64,000 nucleotides of DNA from positions 128,898,001-128,962,000 of the forward strand of contig OX597817.1 in NCBI GenBank assembly GCA_951406725.2, given 5' to 3'. The notes below the pieces were generated by a model. It did no database searches. It was not told where the DNA came from and worked only from the letters and a program-made list of their open reading frames with translations. Shown one piece after another: positions 54,502 to 64,000 of the stretch. A program made the translations under genes and the position numbers. Position 1 is the stretch's first letter. Every line of letters begins with the position of its first letter. The DNA is from Octopus vulgaris. Its lineage: Eukaryota.

Positions 54502-55000
54502 TCTTTATATAAAATCTAAGTATGAGTCAGTACGTGCCACGCTTTCGCTAACTCTTTTAAGTGTCTATGTACGCTCGAAGAGATATAAACACCGTCTCAA
54601 TACTTCCACATTTTACCTAGCAGATCGTCATAGATATCGCAGCCGCGGTGAGGGTGGGGCAGACGATAGCTGCACAAGAACTAGATTGGTGCTCATTTAC
54701 AACTGAATAAGCTGGAACGTGAAATGAAGAGCATTGCTCAAGAAAACAACGCGCCGCTCTATCCAAGAGTCGAACCCATGGCTTTAAGATTGTGAGTACA
54801 AAATCCACAAATGCTAGTCCTCGTGCATCCATAGCCGCGTGCGCATGCTCACAGACGCATACACATACACACACTTACACACACACACACACACACACAT
54901 ACACACACACACACACACACAAGATTACGTAGATTATGTGATAAAACAGTTGAAACAAATCTTCATTCTGCGCTCGTGTGTATATATTTATATATGTATG

Positions 55001-55036
<36 letters not shown>

Positions 55037-55059
55037 ACATATAGTCAAGATATATATAT

Positions 55060-55230
55060 ATTCTTCGGTTATCTGGCTATTTATAGCCAGATAACCGAGG
55101 TGTTGTGGAACACTGAAACTTGAGTTTTATCTTGACTACCGAGTAATGTAAATATTGTATAGATAAATTTCCTCTATTTACATAATATTGAGGTCTCTTT
55201 TTCTTTTGTTATCTTACCGTTTTATCAATA
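55060..55230 (+). mobile_element. PLE-type terminus with short fold-back and core-damaged hammerhead
   Basis: tcggttatctggctat/atagccagataaccga hairpin; GAUAA ccgag GUGUU-gugg-AACAC u GAAA CUUGAG UU UUAUC. Confidence 0.55.
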
Positions 55231-55251
55231 TATATATATATATATATATAT

Positions 55252-55610
55252 TTAAAAAAGGAGATGTGGAACACGAGTTGTGCTATATAAGAAAAGGAAA
55301 TGAAAAAATGCGACAAAATAATTTAAGTAAGGGAGAGTGTATTTAATTAGTGAAGTTCTTTTTACCGGTTGCGCATTTGTTATGCTTATCAAAAGATATA
55401 TTTTTAAGAGAGATAGAGTTCCTTTCTGATAGATTTTTTTTCTCTTATCTGAAAAAAAAAATCTATCAGAAAGGAACTCTATCTCTCTTTAAAAAATATC
55501 TTTTGATAAGCATAACAAATGCGCAACCGGTAAAAAGAACTTTCACCTAATTAAATACACTCTCCCTTACTTAAATTATTTTGTCAGCATTTTCTTCATT
55601 TCCTTTATAT
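55252..55610. mobile_element. About 155-bp-arm palindrome with U3-A8 hammerhead-like motif (GCAA instead of GAAA)
   Basis: Arms 55286-55440 / 55452-55610; UUGAUAA GCAU-aacaa-AUGC GCAA CCGG UA at 55503-55532. Confidence 0.7.
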
Positions 55611-55667
55611 ATATATATATATACACACATACACGCATCTTTTATTAATATTTGATACAAATAAGAG

Positions 55668-55756
55668 AGTGACTCAAAGGTCTAGAGTTTCGTGCGTTAG
55701 TATTTATCAAATTTTGATAAGTGTTAACGCATGAAACACTTAGTCCTTGAGTCACT
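55668..55756. mobile_element. Short palindrome of two U3-A8 hammerhead-like half-sites
   Basis: UUGAUAA GUGU-uaac-GCAU GAAA C...GUC at 55714-55745, mirrored on minus. Confidence 0.55.
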
Positions 55757-55789
55757 GCCAAATATTACATGTTTTGAATTCTACTTTTC

Positions 55790-55993
55790 CTGTTCTATAT
55801 TTAAGAGATGAGGAATTATGTACATTATTTACATTATTTACATTATTTACAATTGACGGATATTTGTCCTCATCTTGTTTGTTGTTAACACAACGTTTTG
55901 GCTGATATACCTTCCAGCCTTCATCAGGTTTCTTGGAGAAAATTCGAACCTGGATTCTCATTCTTAAGGTATTATTCGATGTTGTTGTTGTTG

Positions 55994-56046
<53 letters not shown>

Positions 56047-56187
56047 GTTATTATTATTGTTATTATTGTTATTATTATTATTACTATTATTATTAATCAC
56101 TACGCCATATGCCATCGGGCATATGGCGTAGTGGTTAAGAGCGCAGGCTACTAACCCGAATATTCCGAGTTCAATTCCAGGCAGTGA

Positions 56188-56255
<68 letters not shown>

Positions 56256-56423
56256 TCAACAACAACAACAACAACATCGAAAAATAACTTAGGAATGAGA
56301 ACCCAAGTTCGAAATTTCCCCAAGACACCTGATGAAGGCTGGAGGGTATATCAGCCGAAACGTTGTTTTAACAACAGACAATATCACAAATATCTGTCAA
56401 TTGTAAATAATGTAAATAATGTC
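55790..56423. mobile_element. Second copy of the tRNA-head/(AAT)n/hammerhead fold-back element
   Basis: Centre cactacgccatatgcc-atcg-ggcatatggcgtagtg; HHR ACAC CUGAUGA A GGCUGG...UCAGCC GAAA CG UU at 56325-56364. Confidence 0.8.
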
Positions 56424-56688
56424 TAATTTTCCTATTTGCACCGTCAAACCTAATATATATTCTTTTATTCTTGTACTTGTTCCATTCATTTGACTGCGGC
56501 CATTCTGGAGCACGAACTTTAATCGAACAAATCGGCCCCAGGACTATTTCTTTGTAAGCCTAGTATTTTATTCTATCTCTCTCTTTTTATCGTGCCACTA
56601 AGTGACAGGGACGTAAACGCACCAACGCCAGTTGTCAACGATGCTTGAAGGACAAACACAGACACAAATAACAAATACATACATATAC

Positions 56689-56724
<36 letters not shown>

Positions 56725-56732
56725 ATGTGTTG

Positions 56733-56799
<67 letters not shown>

Positions 56800-57389
56800 T
56801 TATTTATTTATATATATAATTTTTATTTTTGCAGTTTTATTGTTTGTCTATGCCAGAAAAAAGGCTTTTTCGTTCGTCCTCTTGTGTGTTTGTTTTTGTA
56901 CATGTATCTCGTTTTGTAACTAATTGTATTTTTTGTACATGTATTTTTATTTTTGCAGTTTTATTGTTCGTCTATGCCAGAAAAAAGGCTTTTTCGTTCG
57001 TCCTCTTGTTTGGTTGTTTTTGTACATGTATTTCAATTTTGCAGTCTTATTGTTACGTCTTGTTTGTGTTCGTACTCATTTTGCCCCGCTGCTTGGAATT
57101 TTATTTTAATTCTCTCGCAGGAAGGCCTATTGGATTAGTGTTCTGTTATGCCTTCGAAACATGCCTGACTCCTCTAGCGACAGCTGATGACGGGGGTTTT
57201 GTCCTTGTGTAACTCATCCTGTATTTGTTTTTCGTTTTCTTGTTTTTTGTGTTTTGGCTTTTTCCGTTTCTACGTCTTTTTGTGATGTCCTGTACTCCCG
57301 TATAATTATTTATATATGCATGTATATATACATGTAGATGTAGGTACGTACATATATGTTTGTATGTATGCATATATTTTTATTTATCT

Positions 57390-57456
<67 letters not shown>

Positions 57457-57459
<3 letters not shown>

Positions 57460-57768
57460 GCAGCGTGGAAGATGTTTGTAAGCCATTTAAGAAACACACA
57501 AAAGCCGTTCGATTCACTACAACATTTAAGTTTAATTTGTCAAAATATTTTCGTCGCTATAAGACCGCGACAAAAATCCGTGCTCAGTGAACAGGTCGCG
57601 GTCTTATAGCGACGAAAATATTTTGACAAATTAAACTCAAATGTTGAGGTGAATCGAACGGCTTTTGTGTGTTTCTTAAATGGCTTACAAACATCTTCCA
57701 CGCTGCAATTGTTTTCGTTCCAGCACATGATCTCAGATCAAATCACTTGCTATGCAAGTACATCTCCT
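57457..57768 (+). mobile_element. Second copy of the G3-C8 hammerhead-like palindrome family
   Basis: CA GUGAACA G GUCGC-ggucuuaua-GCGAC GAAA AUAU UU UGACAAAUU at 57585-57632. Confidence 0.75.
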
Positions 57769-57963
57769 ATATATATATATATATGTAGTTGAAATTTACT
57801 GAAAGACAAAAGACGAAGACAGGTGTATAATCAACAAACAGGTGTATTAGTTTAACGCTCGGGAAGGTTAAAACTTATTCTACGTATCGAGCCTACGCTT
57901 TTGATCAGAAACGAACACGATGAAATAAACAGAGAGAGAATATACATACATACATACATACAT

Positions 57964-58009
<46 letters not shown>

Positions 58010-59089
58010 GACGGGTTTCTTTCAGTTTCCGTCTACCAAATCCACTCACAAGCCATAATCCCAGCAGTTTTCTCTGGAAGCACATATGCTTATTCCATTA
58101 TTGCAATACAGTATGTAGTTCATAATGTTGCTATGTATGTGCAAAGTACATATTAGATTTGAGAATTCTGGTAATACTCTCTACAGAATTATTGTGTAAC
58201 AAAACAGTAAATTGGAAAATGTATCCTTCTTTATACATGCTTCATTTGCTAATAGAAATTACTGAGTTTTACGTGATGGACTGATATGTAAGGAATTTTC
58301 TATTAGAAGTTCTTCAGACATAAAAATTAGATAATAGGTATTATTTAATTTCTCTAATCAATTTCTCTAGGGAGACTCCTTACATGTCAATCTGACATAT
58401 AAAAGTCTGTAATTCTTGTTCGCAAATGAAACATGTGTAATGTGTAATGGTGAATAAATGATAACAATAAATTTTCAAATTATATATGTGTGTGTGTGTG
58501 TGTACATATGGGTACAGGACGTCACCAACAGTGCAAACAACATGAAATGCGTAAACAACGTGAGAAAAAATAAAGAAAAACAGGACATGGCCACAGCTCA
58601 TAAGCTGAAACTGGAATCAATCAATCAATCAAGTAAACACAGTCGTCAGCTGTTTGAATTTGAGCAAATAATTTGTGCAGCCATATCAGTGTAATAAATT
58701 CGTTTTGCTATTCTGACATTCCAATTTCGATGCCCTTTGGTGGAACTTAATGCCAATCTCCTCCTCTGGTTCTATGCCATAGAATCGAACATAAAATTTC
58801 TGGAGCAAATATCGTCCTAGATAATTATATATTAGGTGCCGCATTTGTATCTTAAAGACCAAAAGTTCAAACATTGAACACATATATTATCAGAATTGAC
58901 GTCGGGCTAAAGAACAGTAACGTTCCCTTGTTTTTCTCTTTTCCCCTCACATCACATCTTGCCTTAATACTTATTCTCTTTCCGTACAGCATATTTTCAT
59001 TCTAATCTCTGCTTCTCTATTGTTCTATTGTCTTCCTCTCGCGTTTTTTTCTTATCTCCATTCCACTTACCTACTACTCTCCTCTCTCC

Positions 59090-59153
<64 letters not shown>

Positions 59154-59429
59154 CACTATCTTCGTCTTTATTGTTCTTCTTTTGTTAATTAAAAGAAGTG
59201 AATGTATATCCACAACATCCAGAATAATGACATTATAAAGTGCTGAAAGATGGAGAATAGAGTATACCAAGCCACACATACGTCAAATAAAATTAACACA
59301 ACGGTGTATGTGTGTGTCTATTCATTGTTATATTTCTTTCTGCTTTTTGCGTTCAAATCCTGCCGTAGTCCCTTTTGGGTTCTATTCTTTCTGGAATAAA
59401 CTGAAAAGCCAATTATGCACAGGGATGGT

Positions 59430-59835
59430 TCTCTCTTTTACTCTCTTTACTCTTTTACTTGTTTCAGTCATTTGACTGTGGCCATGCTGGAGCACCGCCT
59501 TTAGTCGAGCAACTCGACCCCAGAACTTATTCTTTGTAAGCCTGGTACTTATTCTATCGTTCTCTTTTGCCGAACCGCTAAGTTACGGGGACGTAAACAC
59601 ACCAGCATCGGTTGCCAAGCGATGTTGGGAGGACAAACACAGACACACAAACACACACACACATATATACATATATACGACGGGCTTCTTTCAGTTTCCG
59701 TCTACCAAATCCACTCACAAGGCTTTGGTCAGCCCGAGGCTATAGCAGAAGACACTTGCCCAAGGTGCCACGCAGTGGGACTGAACACGGAACCATGTGG
59801 TTGGTAAGCAAGCTACTTACCACACAGCCACTCCT
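59430..59835 (-). mobile_element. Full-length SINE family C
   Basis: Reverse of 53071-53505. Confidence 0.9.
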
Positions 59836-60471
59836 ACGTTGGAGGACTTTTCAGAAAATTTCCTTCAAATTCATTTAACAATCATTAACATAAATTAATC
59901 ATTTATCACAATTAAGCAAATATACATTTAATGATATCTACCTTAATGAAACAGCTGTTGGACACATAATATGCAAGATTAAGACTTTTCTGCTTTAATA
60001 CTAAACACGCTGCTTTTAATGATCGTTTAAACCGATTATGTATATTTATGTGCAACTCGGTAGCAAGTGGATTTATTGCAATGTAAAAACGTGTTGCAGT
60101 TTAACGGCCTGTAATTAATTGCGATTTTAGTTACCGTGGATATATTTTTTGATAAATCGGTTCTTTATACGGATTTAAAAAATATTCTTCGACACTTATC
60201 TTTTTCATGTATGTAAATGCTTTCCGAAATATAATTGTACTTCACTTTTAAATCTCGGAGGGAGCTTCAGATTAATGCAAAAGCACTCAGCTCTATGTGC
60301 GCTACATCTTATTGCAGAAACAGCTGTAAGATAATGAAGTTCATTTGCATAATTTCCTTTTCCTGTTTTATATTACACTTTGTGCTGAGCTAGTGCTTTA
60401 TGCTGGAGCGTTTGTATTTGAGCTCTAATACCAGGTTACTAGTATCGCTATGTGTAAGCGAGATGATCCAC

Positions 60472-60552
<81 letters not shown>

Positions 60553-60715
60553 GTGGAAAGGAACACACGAGTTGATATATATGAAAAAACAAGTCAAAAA
60601 TAGAAAATGCTAAGATAATTTTATAGTGAATCTTTCAGTACCGGTTTCGGTCATTTTGAGACCTTTTCAACTGTAACGATTAAATAATTAAATTTAGAAA
60701 AATTAGAAGAAAAGA

Positions 60716-61369
60716 CATCCCAAATCAAAGAAAAACTTACAACCAAAAGCCTTACCATACATCTCCACACACAACCCTCTCAATAACGAAGCCTTCGGCA
60801 CCATCCTCCACAACATACCCCTCCTAAAAAAAGACCACAGAATGAACACAATCCTCCAAACACACACGATCATAAAAAGCAAAAGACAGCCTAGATCCAT
60901 GAAAAGTCTCCTAACACAAGCCCGAATTCACTTTTCAACACAGAAGCCGACAGTAAAAAAATGTGGAAGACCCAATTGCGGGATATGCGACTATCTAATT
61001 GAGGGATCAGAGTTCTCCTTCAAACAGGGACAACGGTTTACAGTGAAAAGCAACTTCACATGTGCTTCGGAGAACCTAATATACTCACTAACCTGCTCCG
61101 GGTGTCAAGAGCAGTACATAGGCCAAACAAAAAATGGTTTGCGTAAACGAATGGCCCTGCACAGATCCCAGATAAAAATTCCCCAAAACAGAAAAATAGC
61201 TTTTAGCCAACACATAGATACTTGCGCCAACAAAAAAACACCAAACTTCAGGATTTTCCCCCTCTACCAATTTAGGGACGATACAACATCGAGACAACGA
61301 ATAAGTAAAGAAAATCTCTTTATTACAAAATACAAGCCACTTCTTAACGGGTCTACGACAAACAATTAA
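60716..61369 (+). CDS. PLE ORF C-terminus: RT thumb/linker, Cys-rich linker and GIY-YIG endonuclease (5'-truncated, frame open)
   Basis: LPYISTHNP...KSKRQPRSMKSLLT...CGRPNCGIC...FTCASENLIYSLTCSGCQEQYIGQTKNGLRKRMALH...SQH...KENLFITKYKPLLN. Confidence 0.9.
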   Translation, partial: HPKSKKNLQPKALPYISTHNPLNNEAFGTILHNIPLLKKDHRMNTILQTHTIIKSKRQPRSMKSLLTQARIHFSTQKPTVKKCGRPNCGICDYLIEGSEFSFKQGQRFTVKSNFTCASENLIYSLTCSGCQEQYIGQTKNGLRKRMALHRSQIKIPQNRKIAFSQHIDTCANKKTPNFRIFPLYQFRDDTTSRQRISKENLFITKYKPLLNGSTTNN

Positions 61370-61983
61370 TATACCTCAACTTTAGAATAAAAGAAATATT
61401 ACACTCCATAGAATCCATTACTAATCAGCCCCATCACAGCTATACTTTCACCCATTCATATTCTCCCTTCTCTGTTTTTTTCTTCTTCTTCTTCCTCTTC
61501 TTCTTCATCATCATCATTATCATCATCATCGTCGTCATCATCACCACCACCATCATCACCATCATCTTCTCCTTCTCCTTCTTCTTCTTCTTCTTCTTCA
61601 TCATCATCATCATCATCAACATCGTCATCTTCTTCTTCTTCTACTTCTCCACCTTCCACCCCTTAACCTTGTCACTAATGTCTTTCAGTATAACGCCTAC
61701 GCAAATTCCATAAACAATTCCTGAATTGAACTGCGACTACTGTCAGCCACTGACCATTCAAAATACGACCATCAAGGCATTCCCAGATTTCCCCACCCCC
61801 TCTCCACATCAGCCTCCTTATTCTTCACCTACCCTACCAAGAACTCAAAACGACCTCGAACACACAAGTGCAAACAAGGGAGTCAGAGAAAGGCAGAATG
61901 CTACTTATATCTGAACACTACTATAGAAATATTCTTTTAAAAAAACTTTTCTTCTAATTTTTCTAAATTTAATTATTTAATCG

Positions 61984-62027
61984 TTACAGTTGAAAAGGTC
62001 TCAAAATGACCGAAACCGGTACTGAAA
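61984..62027 (+). ncRNA. Minimal type-I hammerhead ribozyme motif (U3-A8 variant)
   Basis: CAG UUGAAAA GGUC-ucaaaau-GACC GAAA CCGG UA CUG; mirrored at about 60633-60676 on minus. Confidence 0.75.
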
Positions 62028-62139
62028 GATTCACTATAAAATTATCTTAGCATTTTCTATTTTTGACTTGTTTTTTCATATATATATAGTTAATCCAAAC
62101 ATGAACACAGAGAAAACACAACAACGCCCTTTGAAATAC

Positions 62140-62343
62140 AGGTACAGCAGAAACAGGAAGAAAGGGCAAAAGGAAGTTGTGGTTAAAGAGTACAGCAGGG
62201 TTCGCCACCACCTACTGCGGGAGCCTCGCGGAGCTTTAAGTGTTTTCGCTCATTAAGCACTCGCAACGTTCGGTCTGAGAATCGAAACTGCGATCTTATG
62301 ACCACGAGTGCGCTACCCTAACCACTCGGTGATTTCGCCTCCA
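62140..62343 (-). mobile_element. SINE family B 5' part
   Basis: Reverse of the ggaggcgcaatggccca...gagcgaaaacac head. Confidence 0.75.
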
Positions 62344-62494
62344 TATATATATATGTTGAAGCTAGTGGTAAACTCAAATGTCTTTTCACCCTTGAAATGG
62401 CATTTGGTACCGGTGACAATCTTGTACTAACCATTCTGAGAATCTTTAATCTACATACAATGATTTGCAATATATTGCCTCATTTATTAATGCC

Positions 62495-62914
62495 CTTTCT
62501 TCTTCTTCCTTCTTCTTCTTCTTCTTCTTCTTCTTCTTCTTCTTCTTCTTCTTCTTCTTCTTCTTCTTCTTCTTCTTCTTCTCCTCCTCCTCTCCTTCTT
62601 CTTCTTCTCCACCTCCTTCCTCCTCTTCTTCTTCTTCTTCTCCTCCTCCTCCTCCTTCTTCTTCTTTTTCTTCTCCTTCTTCTTCTTCTTCTTCTTCTTC
62701 TTCTTCTTCTTCTTCTCCTCCTCCTCCTTCTTCTTCTTCTTCTTCTTCTCCACCTCCTCTTCCTTCTTCTTCTTCTTCTTCTTCTTCTTCTTCTCCTCCT
62801 CCTCCTCCTCCTCCTTCTTCTTCTCCTCCTCCTCCTCCCCCTCCCCCTTCTTCTTCTTCTTCTTCTTCTTCTTCTTCTTCTTCTTCTTCTTCTTCTTCTT
62901 CTTCTTCTTCTTCA
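62495..62914. repeat. (CTT)n/(CCT)n polypyrimidine tract of about 420 bp
   Basis: Direct reading. Confidence 0.95.
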
Positions 62915-63303
62915 GCATACTCACATGAACTCTGATCCCTATAGTAATTATTTATCCCCTAACCATACTTTTATCTACTTATTGCTTCTTCGTAATATAA
63001 GCAAAAAAGAAAACGAAATGTGAGGAAATCGCAGAATGTCAGCATGCACCTTTGATGCAAGTGCCATTCTGATGTCTAAAATCATTAAAGAACTTTTTAA
63101 AGAATTTCTTTCGCTTATTATTTGCACTATAGTTTACTCTTCACCACTCTCACACAACAGTTTTACCGTCGTGAAACAATGATTTTTTTTTCTTACACTT
63201 GAAGAATTTCACTGTTAGTCTGGAATCCGGCAACGTTGATAGCACAGAACTCGGCTTGAGTGCTTCTCTGGAATCCATGCCCTTACACCTTAACAGGACC
63301 GCT

Positions 63304-63382
<79 letters not shown>

Positions 63383-63386
<4 letters not shown>

Positions 63387-63693
63387 AGGCGCAATGGCCT
63401 AGTGTTTAGGGCAGCGGACTGGCGGTCGTGGGATCGCGGTTTCGGTTCCCAAGCCGGGCGTTGTGAGTGTTTATTGAGCGAAAACACCTAAAGCTCTACG
63501 AGGCTCCGGCAGGGGGAGGGGGGGCGATCCCTGCTGTACGCTTTCGCCACAACTTTCTATCACTCTTTCTTCTGTTGGCCTGCTCGCTTAGCCAGCGGGG
63601 TGGCGTCATTTGAAGGCTAAAACAATGCGAAGCGCATTGTGATCAGCGATGTGTAGCAACATCTGATAGCCTGGTCGATCACGGTGATCACGG

Positions 63694-63694
<1 letters not shown>
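63383..63694 (+). mobile_element. SINE family B, tail type 2
   Basis: Near-identical to 22598-22900. Confidence 0.9.
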
Positions 63695-63741
<47 letters not shown>

Positions 63742-63813
63742 GTATATATATATACATATATAATATGCATATATATATATGTATATGTATATATATATAC
63801 ATATATAATATGC

Positions 63814-63854
<41 letters not shown>

Positions 63855-63856
<2 letters not shown>

Positions 63857-64000
63857 ATAAAATATTAGGGAATAAATCCAAATTTACAGGGAAAAATCAG
63901 ATTTAGGATTAAATCCAATTTTATAGTATAAATATATTATATTATATTAGATTAGAGATAAAACCACTATTAGGCAAATCAAACAATGAAAAACATAAGC
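63855..64000 (-). mobile_element. 3' end of the 40851-41170 family, cut by the window edge
   Basis: Reverse complement of 41035-41170. Confidence 0.75.

Larger units (their letters stand above)
60550..62088 (+). mobile_element. 5'-truncated Penelope-like retroelement (Neptune-like) with inverted pseudo-LTR, in (TA)n
   Basis: 140-bp inverted repeats 60575-60714 / 61946-62085 with no mismatch seen by eye; GIY-YIG ORF; hammerhead in the repeat. Confidence 0.9.

Overview
AT-rich, microsatellite-saturated animal genomic DNA. The SINE repertoire and (TA)n/(TAGA)n/(AAT)n/(CATA)n load point to an octopus/coleoid cephalopod (inference). Almost all ORFs in the supplied track are translations of simple repeats. 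No complete host gene is visible; a few micro-exon candidates on + suggest the window may be mostly intron of one large gene. Recognisable content: three or four tRNA-derived SINE families, LINE remnants (Tx1/L1-like, R4/Dong-like, RTE, CR1-like), two mariner-type remnants, a MULE remnant, non-autonomous Helitrons, MITEs, and a 5'-truncated Penelope-like element (PLE) with an open GIY-YIG ORF. The main observation is at least eight different fold-back elements, mostly next to (TA)n tracts, carrying minimal type-I hammerhead ribozyme (HHR) motifs. They show three Watson-Crick versions of the core 3-8 pair (C3-G8, U3-A8, G3-C8). One family joins a tRNA-like Pol III head to a PLE-type HHR tail, i.e. 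a candidate Penelope-mobilised, ribozyme-bearing SINE. All structures were folded by eye and none has been tested.
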